A DNA stretch of 64,000 bases from an uncultured Chloroflexia bacterium (lineage in GTDB: Bacteria > Chloroflexota > Chloroflexia > QHBQ01 > JADMIH01). Positions 9,118 through 20,005 of the stretch are shown piece after piece. The stretch is taken from NCBI GenBank assembly GCA_963797095.1, contig CAWCNY010000003.1, forward strand, positions 192,001 through 256,000. The letters are read 5' to 3'. Positions within the stretch are counted from its first letter, which is position 1, and each line of letters starts with the position of its first letter. The notes below the pieces were generated by a model. It was not told the DNA's origin. It saw nothing but the letters and a program-made list of their open reading frames with translations, and ran no database searches. A program made the position numbers and the translations under genes.

Positions 9118-10155
9118 TTACGACAAAATACCCCTGCGCCGCAAGTAATGCAGCACAAGGTCCTCGAAAGGCTGGTCGGTGGTGACCTGGATGTAATTGA
9201 TGCCCCGTCGCCTGCAGAAGTCCTCTATGCCCGATTGCCATGCCTCGAACTTCTCGCGGTAGAGGTCGAGCACGCCACCGTCGATCGACACCTCCTGGGT
9301 AGCGCCCGTTTCGATGTCTTTGAGACGCAGGTCGCCGATCAAAGCAAGCTCCGGGTGCACCTCGGCAGGGGCGAGGATGTGGATCACATTCACCTCATGC
9401 CCGGCGGATTGCAAAGCCTTTAACCCTTCTATGCCGCCACCCTCCACCAGCAGGTCGCTTAACACAAATAAGAGGCCGGGATATTTGGCCTGGCTGGCAT
9501 ACTGGCGTAGCACCCGGTCAAGGTCGGTCGCGCCTTCGGTACGCACTCCTGCGATCCAGCGCAGGAGCGACACGGCGTGGCCCTTCCCTCGCACCGACGA
9601 GAAACGCTGGAGACCGTTGGCATTGAAAGCGGTCACACTGAGCCTGTCGAGGTTGGCGAGGGCCACGTAGCCGAGGGCGGCTGCGGTGCGGCGTGCATAC
9701 ACCAGTTTGTTTTGAGCGCGGAGATCGCCTGCGGGAGCCGAGGGCACGACCACGCCCCCGATAGACTTCACTTCGGTGTCTACGGGCGCGACCGGGGCCG
9801 AGATCGTGATGGTGCTGGGGTCGCCCCAATCCATGGATTTACTGGCATCCAGGAGCAGGTGAACGGTGATATCTTCTTCTTCCTGGAAGAGCTTGATGAA
9901 CAAGCGCTCCATGCGAGCGTAGGCATTCCAGTCCACGCGGCGCAGGTCGTCACCGTGGGTGTAGTTGCGGTAGTCAGCGAACTCCACCGACTGGCCGCGC
10001 TTGGGGCTGCGGCGCTCGCCCTTCATCCTACCCGCCTTCAATTTGCGGCTGATGAGCGAGAGCCGCTCAAGCTTGCGCATGAAATCGGCGTCGAAAAGCG
10101 CTTCATAGAAAGCTTGTGCTGCCTGAGATGGGCCGGGGGTTGTTGGGGTGGTCAT
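9118..10155 (-). CDS. DUF58 domain protein (MoxR-associated, vWA-like)
   Basis: GQSVEFADYRNYTHGDDLRRVDWNAYAR, LLDASKSM, VLSD motifs. Confidence 0.92.
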   Translation of the reverse strand: MTTPTTPGPSQAAQAFYEALFDADFMRKLERLSLISRKLKAGRMKGERRSPKRGQSVEFADYRNYTHGDDLRRVDWNAYARMERLFIKLFQEEEDITVHLLLDASKSMDWGDPSTITISAPVAPVDTEVKSIGGVVVPSAPAGDLRAQNKLVYARRTAAALGYVALANLDRLSVTAFNANGLQRFSSVRGKGHAVSLLRWIAGVRTEGATDLDRVLRQYASQAKYPGLLFVLSDLLVEGGGIEGLKALQSAGHEVNVIHILAPAEVHPELALIGDLRLKDIETGATQEVSIDGGVLDLYREKFEAWQSGIEDFCRRRGINYIQVTTDQPFEDLVLHYLRRRGILS

Positions 10156-10218
10156 GGGTTCTTATTGCGTACTGCGTACTTCGTATTGCTTGTTCCGTCG
10201 CTCGTCACTTGCCGCTCG

Positions 10219-11061
10219 TCACTCGCCATCCTTCGTCCCGCACCCCATGAAGATCACGTACATAGTTATCACGTCTGGCTCACGGGCGCGGTCGTCGGCG
10301 GCGATTAACAGGTCTAGCTCTTCCTGTGTGATCTTGCCTTCTGCGAACAGGTACCGAAGGGTTTCGCGGCCTGAGGCGGGCGACATTACCTCTATGCCGT
10401 ACTCGTCGCTGTGGACGCCGATCAGATCTAGCCTGGGGTTCGTAAAACCGGCTTCGCGCAATATGCGGAGGAGTTGCCTGCCGATGTTGCGGTTGCCTCC
10501 CTTTTGCTTGTGCTCCTCGATAAAGCGCTCGGTGATCGCCTTCACTTCGGGAGGGTCTTCCGGGTCGAACAGGTGCATCTTGTCGTCTATGTCGAGAAGG
10601 ACCAGTTTGCCGCCGGGCTTGAGAAGACGCCCAATCGCGCGGGCGGCAGCCACGGGGTCGGGGAGGTGTTGGAATACCAGGCGAGCATAGGCGAAATCAA
10701 AGCTTGCTTCGGGCAGGTCGCTCGACATTGCGGAGCCTTAAATCAGGTGTAGACGGTCGCCGCCCCGGTTGCCCAGGTACGCCCGCGCGCGCTCGATCAT
10801 AAGCGGGTCGATATCGATGGCGGTGATAGCGCTATTGGGGAGCATATCGAGTAGCCGGCCTGTGACGAAGCCTGGACCGCTCCCCACTTCAAGCACTGAC
10901 ATGCCGTCCCGCAGGCCGAACCATTCTAGATTACGGGCCTCGCGCTCCCAGAACAGTAGAGCCTGGTCGCGCAGGCGCTGGATTTCGAGGTCCACCCCAC
11001 CGGGCATGTCGCTCACCTTATACGCGCTCTTATCGTCTCTGGTTTCATTGGTGGTTTGCAT
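10219..11061 (-). pseudogene. Class I SAM-dependent methyltransferase with in-frame TAA at 10738-10740
   Basis: ORFs 10738-11061 (VLEVGSGPG) and 10219-10728 (FDFAYARLVFQHL, LKPGG) share one frame, separated by a single stop: HLI*GSAMSS. Confidence 0.8.
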
Positions 11062-11138
11062 AGCAGTATCTCCTTCTCTTCCGGCATCTTGACAGGAGTT
11101 TAACTATACCATACAATCAGGCAACCTACATCGCAGGA

Positions 11139-11867
11139 GTGCTAGCCGTGCCTTCGGATCGAACCGGGAAAAACGGTCGTGCTAACCTTACTATAAAGGA
11201 ATTACCACCGGATGGTCGACCTCGTGAGAAGTTAAAGGCTCTGGGCGCGAGCGCGCTATCGGAAGCCGAGTTGCTGGCGATCATCCTGCGCGTAGGCACG
11301 CACGGTGAAAGCGTTGTTGACCTCTCCACCCGGTTGCTCCTGAGCTACGGTGGCTTGGTGGGCCTGTCGCGTATATCGTTCGCCGAGTTGTGCGAGGTGC
11401 ACGGGCTGGGCGAAGCCAAAGCCTGCCAGTTGAAAGCCGCCCTAGAGATGGGTAGAAGGCTGCTGCTGGCGCAACCGGAGGAGCGCATCCAGGTGCGCTC
11501 GCCCGCCGACCTTGCCCCACTGCTTATTCTTGAGATGGCTCCGCTGGACCATGAAACGTTGCGCGTTGTCCTCTTAAACACAAAGAACCAGGTGATAAAG
11601 TTCACCGACGTGTACCACGGCTCGCTCAACTCGTCGCTGGTGAGGGTGGCCGAGGTCTTCAAGGAGGCCGTGAGGACCAACGCGGCGGCGATCATTGTCG
11701 CCCATAACCACCCCAGCGGCGACCCCACGCCCTCGCCCGAAGACGCCCGTGTAACTGAGCAGATCGTAGCGGCGGGCAAGCTCCTGGAGATAGAGGTGCT
11801 CGACCACCTCGTAATAGGCGAGCGCACCTGGGTCAGCCTGCGCGAGAAGCGATTAGGATTCAAGTAA
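11139..11867 (+). CDS. radC: RadC family JAB-domain protein
   Basis: RPREKL...[11 protein letters not shown]; [15 protein letters not shown]; LDHLVIG. Confidence 0.95.
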   Translation: MLAVPSDRTGKNGRANLTIKELPPDGRPREKLKALGASALSEAELLAIILRVGTHGESVVDLSTRLLLSYGGLVGLSRISFAELCEVHGLGEAKACQLKAALEMGRRLLLAQPEERIQVRSPADLAPLLILEMAPLDHETLRVVLLNTKNQVIKFTDVYHGSLNSSLVRVAEVFKEAVRTNAAAIIVAHNHPSGDPTPSPEDARVTEQIVAAGKLLEIEVLDHLVIGERTWVSLREKRLGFK

Positions 11868-11887
11868 ACTAACCACCATCTCGACCG

Positions 11888-11922
11888 AAAAGGGCCGCGC
11901 CTCTCCTATGCGCGGCCCTTTT
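11888..11922 (+). terminator. Intrinsic terminator (potentially bidirectional)
   Basis: AAAAGGGCCGCGC-9 nt loop-GCGCGGCCCTTTT. Confidence 0.85.
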
Positions 11923-12120
11923 ACGTGTAAGCGTGCGTATCGAAGTCTAATCATTTCTTAATCTTTTTTTTCACTCAGCTTAAAGTTGCAAGGGTAAACT
12001 AAGAATAGAACACCTGATCCAAAGCCGGATGGGTGGGTCTGATCGTTGCTCCAATAGAAACATGCTCCATGGAGAGAAACGCAAATCAGGTCTCTTTTGG
12101 TCCTCGAAGGAATAGTTTGA

Positions 12121-14362
12121 ATGATCTTAACTAAGGAAAATGCAAGAACGGCGGTGCAGCTAGGACGCCTGGAGTTCGCGACGATACTTTCATGGTTCAG
12201 CCTGGGGGTGCCCCTCGCCGTGTCGGCCATACTGAACCTTTGGAACCTGGCTCAGAACGGTTACAGCAACCTCTATTACTCTGTGGCCGTGCAGAGCATG
12301 ACCCGGGGCTTCCACAACTTCTTCTTCGCCTCGTACGACGCGGGCGGCTTCATTACCGTGGACAAGCCGCCTGTCGCCCTCTGGATACAGGCCATCAGCG
12401 CCAAACTCTTCGGCTTTAGCCCCCTCAGCATTCTCCTGCCTGAGGCTCTGGCCGGTATCGCGTCGGTGGCCCTGCTCTATTTCCTGGTGCGTAGGTTGTT
12501 CGGAACGCTGGCTGCGTTCGTGGCGGCCCTGGCCCTGGCCCTCACGCCTATTGCGGTGGCCGTAGAGAGAACCAACAACACCGATACCTTCCTGATGTTC
12601 ACCCTGCTGCTGGCGGCCTGGGCTATCACGGTAGCCACCGAGAAGGGCAAACTGGCTCTGCTGGCCCTCGGCCTCGGGCTGGTGGGAGTGGCGTTCAACA
12701 TAAAGATGCTGGCCGCGTTCATCGTTTTGCCCGCATTCTACCTGCTCTACTTCATTGCCGCCCCTATCAAGTGGCATATGCGCGTGTTGCACCTTGCGCT
12801 GGCAAGCGTGGTGGTGTTCGGGGTTGCCCTCTCCTGGCCTCTTGCCGTCGACTTGACGCCTGCCGGCCAGAGGCCCTGGGTGGGCGGCAGCCAGGTCAAC
12901 AGCGAGATCGACCTGGCCCTCGGCTATAACGGCCTGGGCCGCGTGGATGGAAACGAAGGCATGGGCAGAGGCAATTTCGGCGGCAACCCGATCCAGGGCG
13001 TTTTACCTGGCATAATCCCCGGCTCCGGTGGCAACAACGGCAACAACGGTGGGACCAATCAGCCCTTCGGAAACAGATGGCAATAACGGCAATAACGGCA
13101 ATAACGGCAATAACGGCAATAACGGCGGCAACAATCTACCGTTCGGCAATGGACGGCGCGGCCTTGGCGGCGGGCAACAGCCACAGGGCGGCCGGCAGCC
13201 GCAGGGTGGGTTCCCGCTTCCTTTCGGCGGCAATACTATCCCCTTCGGCAATGGTAACGGCAACGGTAGCGGCGTAAGAGGTGGGTTTGCCGCCGGTGGC
13301 GGCCCCAGTGCCAGCGGCGGTCTGTTCGGCGCGGGCCAGCCGGGAGCTACCAGGCTCTTCACGGGCGATATGGCGGCTCAATGGAGCTGGTTGATCCCTC
13401 TGGCCCTGATTGGGGTGGTGGCGGCGGCCCTGGGTCTCAGGCGGAGGTGGCCTCTTGAGAAGAAGGCTCAGGCGCTGTTGCTGTGGGGAGGCTGGCTGGC
13501 GATGTATGGCGCGGTGTTCAGCATCGCTTCGGGCATCTTCCACCCCTACTACCTGATAATGCTGGCTCCTGCCGCAGCGGCCCTGGTGGGGATCGGGGTG
13601 TCGGCGCTATGGACGGCCTACAGGCGGCAGGAAGGCTTTCAAGCATGGCTGCTGCCCGTTGCCCTGCTGGCAACAGCCTTGTGGCAGAGTTGGATACTGG
13701 TCAACTACGCGCAGTGGAACCCATGGCTCACACCTGTGCTGCTGGGCGGCAGCCTGGTGGCGGCGGGTGGACTGGTGGCGGCTCGGCTGCTGGCCCGCGT
13801 GATAGGTCACAGGACATGGCGGCGTTGGGCGCTTGCACCCCTGGCCGCCGGAGGAGTGGCCCTCCTGCTCGCGCCCATTGCATGGTCGGTGACGCCCGTG
13901 TTGGCGGGACCAAGCAACGCCAGCCTGCCGATGGCCGGACCTGAGGCACTCAATCAGAACGATCCCACTAGCTGGACCAGGCTGAATATCTCGGAGGGCG
14001 GCGGCCTGATCACCTACCTCCAGGAGAACCAGGACGGTTACTTCTACCTGTTGGTCGTTGGCAACTCGCAGCAAGCATCGTCTATCGCGCTCGAAACCGG
14101 GCAGCCGGTGCTGGCGGCGGGCGGCTTCATGGGGAGCGACCCGGCGTTGACCGTTGAAAAGCTCCAGGAGATGATCGCCAACAAGCAAGTGCGCTACGTG
14201 ATGGGCCTCAACGGTCAGGCGGGCAATTGGATACAGTCCACTTGCTCTGCCATAGACTCCAGCGAATACCAGGGCGTGAGCGGCTTCAGCGGCTCGTTCA
14301 GCCTCAACGGCTCGCGTCTGTACGACTGCGCGCCGCAGGCCTCGAATGGGGTAACTTACTGA
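12121..14362 (+). CDS. GT39/PMT-like (YkcB/YycA-type) membrane glycosyltransferase, +1 frameshift near 13075
   Basis: YYSVAVQSM, ITVDKPP, GVAFNIKML and RPWVGGS in ORF1; IFHPYY and GGFMGSDP in ORF2; total length 3n+1. Confidence 0.85.
13079..13126 (+). repeat. 9-bp coding repeat (GGCAATAAC)x5 encoding GNN
   Basis: Direct reading; lies in the Gly/Asn-rich loop. Confidence 0.9.
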
Positions 14363-14472
14363 CGAGTGGCGAGTTGGGGCAGTCTTGTGCCAATGTTGTC
14401 GCATAGAACCCACGAAAGTGGCCCAGGTGCGAGCGCTGCCCGTGGGTATCCTGCGCCTCGCCATCCCAAATA

Positions 14473-14762
14473 GTCCCGGAGGGACGTAAGAGCATAGCCC
14501 AGGGTGCAAGTCGGTCGAGCATAAGCCACCCAAGCCAAGTCCCATAGGGACGTAAGAGAGTAGCCCAGGGCGTAAGCCCTGTGGCAAGCCCAGGAAAATG
14601 CCATAGCCCCGTAGGGGCGCAAGAACAAGCACTTCGGTCCTGTATGATGCAATGCTGCCATGCTCTTACGCCCCTACGGGACTACTTATCTGTGTGGCGT
14701 ACGATCCCCAGGGCTTACGCCCTGGGCTATATTCTGCCGTCCCTCCGGGACTTGGCTTGGGT
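14473..14762. repeat. REP/REPIN-like palindromic cluster
   Basis: Units GTCCC(GGA/ATA)GGGAC-GTAAGAG..TAGCCCAGGG(CGTAAGCCCTG); 14528-14581 is an imperfect inverted copy of 14709-14762; inner GCCCCGTAGGGGC pair. Confidence 0.8.
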
Positions 14763-14819
14763 AGCACCCCACGCTCTCTACAGCTTGGAGCCTGTGCCTG
14801 CCTCTCTTGCCTTATTGCG

Positions 14820-15446
14820 CTACCAGCTATAGCGGTACCGTTCTTCCTTCCAGGGATCGCCGCGCATGTGATAGCCCGCGTCCTCCCAGAAGCCCGGCTC
14901 GTCCTCGGCAAGAAACTCCATTCCCCGCACCCACTTGGCGCTCTTCCAGAAGTAGAGCTGAGGTACCACCAGGCGCATCGGCCAACCATGCTCGTCCGTG
15001 ATGTCTTCGCCGTTGTTCCGGTAAGCAAAGAGCACGTTCGGCGCAAGCAGGTCGTCTAAGGGCACGTTGGCGGTGAAGCCCTGCTCGGCGTGCACCAGCA
15101 CATACTTCGCTTCGGGCTTCGGCTTCACGCGCTCGTAAATCTCGCGGAAGGGTATCCCCTCGAAGGCGTTGTCGAACTTGCTCCAGCGCGTCACGCAGTG
15201 GATATCGACGGGCTGAGTGGTGGCATGGGGAAGGGCCATGAACTCCTCGTAAGTCCAGGTCATGGGGTTCTCGACCAGGCCGAACACGCGGAAGTTCCAC
15301 TTCTGCAAAGGCGTGTGCGGCACGCCACCATAGTGCAGAACAGGCCATTTCTCGGTGAGGGATTGACCGGGCGGGAGGCGCTTCGCCAATTCTTCTCTGC
15401 TGAATTTGCGCTCCGGCCTCACGCGATTGAGTATGTTATCCAGCAT
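14820..15446 (-). CDS. Sulfite oxidase-like molybdopterin oxidoreductase (YuiH-like)
   Basis: RLPPGQ..KWPVLH, DIHCVTRWSK, EHGWPMRLVVP.LYFWKSAKW, GFWE..GYH.RGDPW.EER. Confidence 0.92.
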   Translation of the reverse strand: MLDNILNRVRPERKFSREELAKRLPPGQSLTEKWPVLHYGGVPHTPLQKWNFRVFGLVENPMTWTYEEFMALPHATTQPVDIHCVTRWSKFDNAFEGIPFREIYERVKPKPEAKYVLVHAEQGFTANVPLDDLLAPNVLFAYRNNGEDITDEHGWPMRLVVPQLYFWKSAKWVRGMEFLAEDEPGFWEDAGYHMRGDPWKEERYRYSW

Positions 15447-15646
15447 TGTTTGTCCTTTCGAGAGGGTTTGCGATATGAGAAATATGAACTACTGCTCACT
15501 TCTTATTGCTTAGTTAACGATCCCTGATGTGCAACATGTTGAGATCTATAGGGAGCTATTTGATGAGGATATTATACGGCAAAGTTGTTACGTCTACATC
15601 CTCGAACCCACAAATAAGCAGTACGAAGTAAGCAATATGCAGTAGC

Positions 15647-16111
15647 TCACGTTTCCCGCCCACACACCAGGCCGAGGGCAATTCCGAAAGCTACATGGCG
15701 GGTAATCTGCCCGAAAAAGGTCTTGCGGTCGAGGAGGAGCGCGAGTTGGCCGCTTTTCATGCCAGCGTGAATGCGGTCCACGATAAGGCCCGCAGGGTAG
15801 AGAACAGTATTCTCAGCCATAAGAAAGAGAATGCCGCGCAACCAGCTGGGGCCGGGCAGGCGCTGCCTGGCGTAACGCACATAAACGAATGCCATCATTG
15901 TCGAGAAAGCGTAGTGCCCGGCCACCCCCTGGATCTGCCACAGGGGCGTGCGCGTGGTGAACATCTGGCCGACCAGCTTTATATCGTTGAACCGCCATGA
16001 GCTTAGCTTGTTATCCAGCCACATCGCCGCCAGAAAGGCGCTGCCCGCAGCAATCCCACCTTTGACTATCTCGGAATCTTGTCCATCAGTTTTTGATCTA
16101 AATATGCTCAC
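15647..16111 (-). CDS. Small membrane protein, unknown function
   Basis: Hydrophobic helices with a terminal HVAFG; GTG start overlaps the UbiA stop (GTGA). Confidence 0.65.
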   Translation of the reverse strand: MSIFRSKTDGQDSEIVKGGIAAGSAFLAAMWLDNKLSSWRFNDIKLVGQMFTTRTPLWQIQGVAGHYAFSTMMAFVYVRYARQRLPGPSWLRGILFLMAENTVLYPAGLIVDRIHAGMKSGQLALLLDRKTFFGQITRHVAFGIALGLVCGRET

Positions 16112-16989
16112 AATATGATGCCTCCTATCCATCCTACGGAAAGGACCAGCGCCCCGGTTTCCAGCAGCAACGAGCCTAGCTTGAGGTTGGGGTCGCGTCC
16201 TCTGTAGATAAGAGTGCCTGCAAGCATGAATAGTGCCCCCGCGATCGCGCCGGGCAGGTACCACTCGATCCGGTAGTTGAGGAAAGGCCATAGCGCCAGC
16301 GTCAGGAGCAGACCCACTGCGCCCGCGGCCAGCGCCAGCGCCACCGAGCGCGACATACCCAGCCTGTGGGCCAGCCCGCGCACGCCCGCCGTTGTATCAG
16401 ATGCAATATCGGGGATTGTGTCGGCAAGATGCACCACCAGCACCATTACCGCACCCACAGGCAGCACCCAGAATAGCCGAGGAGGGAAATCGCCTCCGTG
16501 GTGAGCGCCCGCCCAGGCCCATAGCGGCAAAGTGGGGAAGGCCATCGAGAAGGGCAGCCACGAAAAGGCGGTATACTTCAGTCCCACGTCATAGAGGAGG
16601 CCGCCGCCAATCCCCACAGCCGTCAGCACCAGCAGAGGCAGGCTGAAAAGCGCCGCCAGCAACAGCGACAGCAGGCCAAACCCCGCGCCAACTCCCCAGG
16701 CCACGCGAGCGGGAATCTGCCCCGAAGCAACGGGCTTTTCCGGGCGGCCCTGGTCGATATGGCGGTCGTAGTAATCGTTGAAAGCCGAGATCGAGAACTG
16801 GCGGCAGGCCTCGATAACGAGCAGGTAGAGGAGCGTGCCCGGCGGGGGCAATCCACGCGCCGCCAGCAGCACGAACGCGCCGACGGCCAGCACCGTCATC
16901 AGCGAAGGCAGGGGGTGGAGCAGCCGCCAGTAGGCCGCCACGCGAGCCTGCGGGGTGATCTCTACATCTATAGCGCCTTTACCGCCCAT
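16108..16989 (-). CDS. UbiA-family prenyltransferase
   Basis: NDYYDRHID..RPEKP.ASG first Asp-rich motif; DTIPDIASD..AG second motif; multiple TM helices. Confidence 0.9.
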   Translation of the reverse strand: MGGKGAIDVEITPQARVAAYWRLLHPLPSLMTVLAVGAFVLLAARGLPPPGTLLYLLVIEACRQFSISAFNDYYDRHIDQGRPEKPVASGQIPARVAWGVGAGFGLLSLLLAALFSLPLLVLTAVGIGGGLLYDVGLKYTAFSWLPFSMAFPTLPLWAWAGAHHGGDFPPRLFWVLPVGAVMVLVVHLADTIPDIASDTTAGVRGLAHRLGMSRSVALALAAGAVGLLLTLALWPFLNYRIEWYLPGAIAGALFMLAGTLIYRGRDPNLKLGSLLLETGALVLSVGWIGGIIL

Positions 16990-18418
16990 GATCGGTTGAA
17001 AGGTCAGCAACTGTCGCTGCTATAGCTCTAAGGGATATGTCGTCGGACTCGGTGATGCCTAGCTCGGCGGCGGCTTCGGCCAGGATCGCCAGCGGGTCGT
17101 CGGGCGGGCGTTCAATTCGCGGCGGCGTCTTCTCGGCAACCGTTATATGGGGTCGACCCGGCGGGTTGGCCTTACGAGGGGCTTCAGACACAAGTTGCAC
17201 ATCAGGCACAACCACCTCGGCCTGCTCGCCCTTGAGTGCCAGCATGAACTCGAAGTACCCACGTGCCGCGCCCTCCAATGTGTGGTGCTCGGCCACGTAG
17301 CGGCGAGCAGCGCGGGACATCGCCTCGCGGACGTCAGGACGTCGGGCCAGCAGCAGTAGATATTCGAGAAGCAACTCCTCCTCGATCTCACCAATATCGA
17401 TCTTGCCAGCCGCATCGTCCGGCAACTCCTCGAACGACCCCGTGCGCGACACCAGCACAGGCACGCCCGCGCCCATGATCCTGAGGAGTGAGGCGGAGGT
17501 CTCACCGGCTGTGGGCCAGCGCAGGTTGAGGCACACATCGGAGGCCGCCAGGTAATAAGGCAAATCGCCCGACGACACGTATCCCGTGGTCTTCACGCGG
17601 TGCGATAGCTCAAGCATCTCCACCTGCTGCGAGGGGTCGTAGTTGGTAGAGCGACTCCCTACCAGCAGATAGAGCGAGTTCGGCACCTCCATCAGCAATG
17701 CTTTGAAGGCGCGCAATGTGGCCGACACCCGCTTGTACGGGTTCAGGTGCCCCACCGACGTAACCAGAAAGAGGCCGGGGTCGAGGCCAAGGTAGGCGCG
17801 CGCTTCCTCTTTAGGGATCAGAGTAGGGAGCGGTACGCCCATCGGCACCACCCCAACAGGCACATCGGGCCGCACCTCGCGCACCAACCTCTCCATGTAA
17901 TGGCTATGCACGATCACTCCTCGCGCCGCCCCGATCGCCTCGTCGCTGAGCGGGTACTTGAACAGCGCCTCTGGGAACTGACCCAACAGCACGCGCCGGG
18001 CGGCCTCCCGCCCCTCCTCGCCGTAACTAACCTCCATCAGCGCCACATACTCACGACGCCTGCCGTCGTTCAGCGCCATCCAGATGCGCAGGTGGTGCAG
18101 GACGAATTCGTGCATGACCACCACGCCGGGGTGCTTGAGCAGCGCCTCGTAGATGTAGGCGTGCGCGGGCGAGTTGCCCATCTGGTAGATTACCGAGTGG
18201 TAGCGGGAGGCAAGGCGGTCGAACTCGCGGCCCTGGAGTATGTCAAAGTGAGCCGGTAGATCGGGGTTGGATGGCTTGTATCCCTTGTCGATGAACAGGT
18301 CAATATCCGGCGCGCTGCCGCCAATCCGCGCCTGCCACATGGCCGCAAGCAATTCCTCGCTGTAGTCGGAGATACCCGACTGGATCGGGTTCAGCGGCGA
18401 AAAGAAGGCGATCTTCAT
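16979..18418 (-). CDS. GT4 glycosyltransferase
   Basis: FFSPLNP..SGISDYS; GHLNPYKR; NLRWPTAGETS. Confidence 0.9.
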   Translation of the reverse strand: MKIAFFSPLNPIQSGISDYSEELLAAMWQARIGGSAPDIDLFIDKGYKPSNPDLPAHFDILQGREFDRLASRYHSVIYQMGNSPAHAYIYEALLKHPGVVVMHEFVLHHLRIWMALNDGRRREYVALMEVSYGEEGREAARRVLLGQFPEALFKYPLSDEAIGAARGVIVHSHYMERLVREVRPDVPVGVVPMGVPLPTLIPKEEARAYLGLDPGLFLVTSVGHLNPYKRVSATLRAFKALLMEVPNSLYLLVGSRSTNYDPSQQVEMLELSHRVKTTGYVSSGDLPYYLAASDVCLNLRWPTAGETSASLLRIMGAGVPVLVSRTGSFEELPDDAAGKIDIGEIEEELLLEYLLLLARRPDVREAMSRAARRYVAEHHTLEGAARGYFEFMLALKGEQAEVVVPDVQLVSEAPRKANPPGRPHITVAEKTPPRIERPPDDPLAILAEAAAELGITESDDISLRAIAATVADLSTDHGR

Positions 18419-18426
18419 ACGCGTGA

Positions 18427-18852
18427 CTATACCTCACCACCGCCGGTGTCGGGCACATCCGATGGGCTTGTGAGGATCAAAACCCAACCGAGGGCAAGCA
18501 CACCCAGCGATAGCAGGCTGAAGAAGGACCACGCCTGCGAGTTGCCAAACGAGGAAACAGAAACCACTATGAAAGCGTTCAAGCCGATCATCGCTCCCGC
18601 GATCAGGCCACGAGCCAACCGGTCGCGCCACCGGACGAGCGGCTCGCTCCATAGCAGTTGCATCCCCTTCGGCTGGTCGCTCCTGTCTCTGTTGAGCAGT
18701 ATAACGCCCCCGGCATACATCGCCCCTGCCAACAGGAAAAGCACGAAGTCCTGCCAGCTTGACGCCTGCGCGAATAGGCGCACCAACGGGATGATCAGCA
18801 GAAAAATCGCGTTATAGGTCAGCGCGTACCCAATCTTGCCCGATCTCGACAT
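18427..18852 (-). CDS. 4-TM membrane protein, unknown function
   Basis: Four hydrophobic segments; in-operon position. Confidence 0.6.
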   Translation of the reverse strand: MSRSGKIGYALTYNAIFLLIIPLVRLFAQASSWQDFVLFLLAGAMYAGGVILLNRDRSDQPKGMQLLWSEPLVRWRDRLARGLIAGAMIGLNAFIVVSVSSFGNSQAWSFFSLLSLGVLALGWVLILTSPSDVPDTGGGEV

Positions 18853-18878
18853 AACCGTACCTTCCTGCACGTGGAACC

Positions 18879-19916
18879 CTACTGCGCCGCGCCCAACAAC
18901 GAGTTTACCACAAGATCCCATGTAAGGTTCGCTACCTTCGATCTGCCCGCGTTGCCCAAACGCTCGGCCTCCTTTGGGTCCTGCATCAGGCGCACGATAG
19001 ATCGGGCGATGGCCTGAGGCTCGGGTGGGGTGACCAATCCGCTAACACCCTCCTCAATGAATTCGAGCACACCGCCCGCATCAGCGGTGGTGATCACGGG
19101 CCTTGCAGCTGCCAGCGCCTCCACAGTGCCATACCCATAGTCCTCATCTATCGGCGCGTAATAGACGGCACGTGCATTTGCATACAGCCGAGATGCCTCT
19201 TCGTCGGGCGCGAAGCCGGTGAACTGCACTCGCTCCATGATGCCTAAATCACGCGCGTTACGCTTCAAACCATCCGCTTCTGGGCCTGTCCCCGCTATTA
19301 TTGCGCGCGCTTCTGGCGCATGGGCCAATGCGCCAAGCAGCAAATCTATGCGTTTAGCAGCATCCAGTCTGTTTAGCGACAAAATATAGTCGCCATACGG
19401 CCCCGGCTTGAGATCCAACCCGGAACGAACAGGCGGGTAGAGAGGCACACCGTCCAGGCCATTGAAACGCTTGAGGCGTGCAGCCACGTTGCGCGATATA
19501 GTAAAGATGCGCTTGCTCTCGGCCAGCGCTTTGGTGTCCATCTCGAACATGGTGCGGCGCACCCGCACATCCTCCTGCGACCCCGTGAAGTCCGACATGC
19601 GCGTGCCGAACCAGTCATAAATCTGGCGGAACTGGTGCACCAGCCACACCACCTTATTAGGGTGCTTCACCACATACGACGGCCACTTGGTGCAGATCGC
19701 CAGGTCAACCTTCTTGCCGTCGCTCTCCGTTATGTCAACCAACCGCCACGCCAGCGCGCTGGATATTATCTGAGCGCGGGGATACCACTTGTAGGGAAGG
19801 GCAATAATATCTACCTGGTGCCCCCGCTCCACAAGCGCATCGCGCAGCCCGTCCACCAGCACCTCGTTCCCTCCACGTATAAAAGGTACCTGGGCTGTGC
19901 AGATGGCGATACGCAA
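18879..19916 (-). CDS. GT4 glycosyltransferase
   Basis: QVPFIRGGNE; NRLDAAKR; DEDYGYGTVEA (EX7E). Confidence 0.92.
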   Translation of the reverse strand: MRIAICTAQVPFIRGGNEVLVDGLRDALVERGHQVDIIALPYKWYPRAQIISSALAWRLVDITESDGKKVDLAICTKWPSYVVKHPNKVVWLVHQFRQIYDWFGTRMSDFTGSQEDVRVRRTMFEMDTKALAESKRIFTISRNVAARLKRFNGLDGVPLYPPVRSGLDLKPGPYGDYILSLNRLDAAKRIDLLLGALAHAPEARAIIAGTGPEADGLKRNARDLGIMERVQFTGFAPDEEASRLYANARAVYYAPIDEDYGYGTVEALAAARPVITTADAGGVLEFIEEGVSGLVTPPEPQAIARSIVRLMQDPKEAERLGNAGRSKVANLTWDLVVNSLLGAAQ

Positions 19917-19934
19917 ATTGTGCTCTCCTTAATG

Positions 19935-20005
19935 GACGAGTGACGAGTGACGAGTGACGAGTGAAGGCACAGTAAGCAATACGCAATACGAGGTACGCAA
20001 TATTC
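19935..20005. repeat. Heptamer repeats (GACGAGT)x4 followed by degenerate AATACGC units
   Basis: Direct reading of the intergenic gap. Confidence 0.85.

Noticed and set aside
11139-11867. RadC as a marker of a mobile element or CBASS-type JAB gene
   Set aside because: Full-length chromosomal-type RadC with its own terminator and no cyclase or E1/E2 neighbours
13079-13126. Phase variation through the GGCAATAAC repeat next to the GT39 frameshift
   Set aside because: A 9-bp unit preserves frame, and the extra base lies just upstream of the repeat
13607-15059. ORFs spanning the palindromic cluster (341, 101 and 135 aa)
   Set aside because: They are translations of REP-like repeats and antisense frames of real genes
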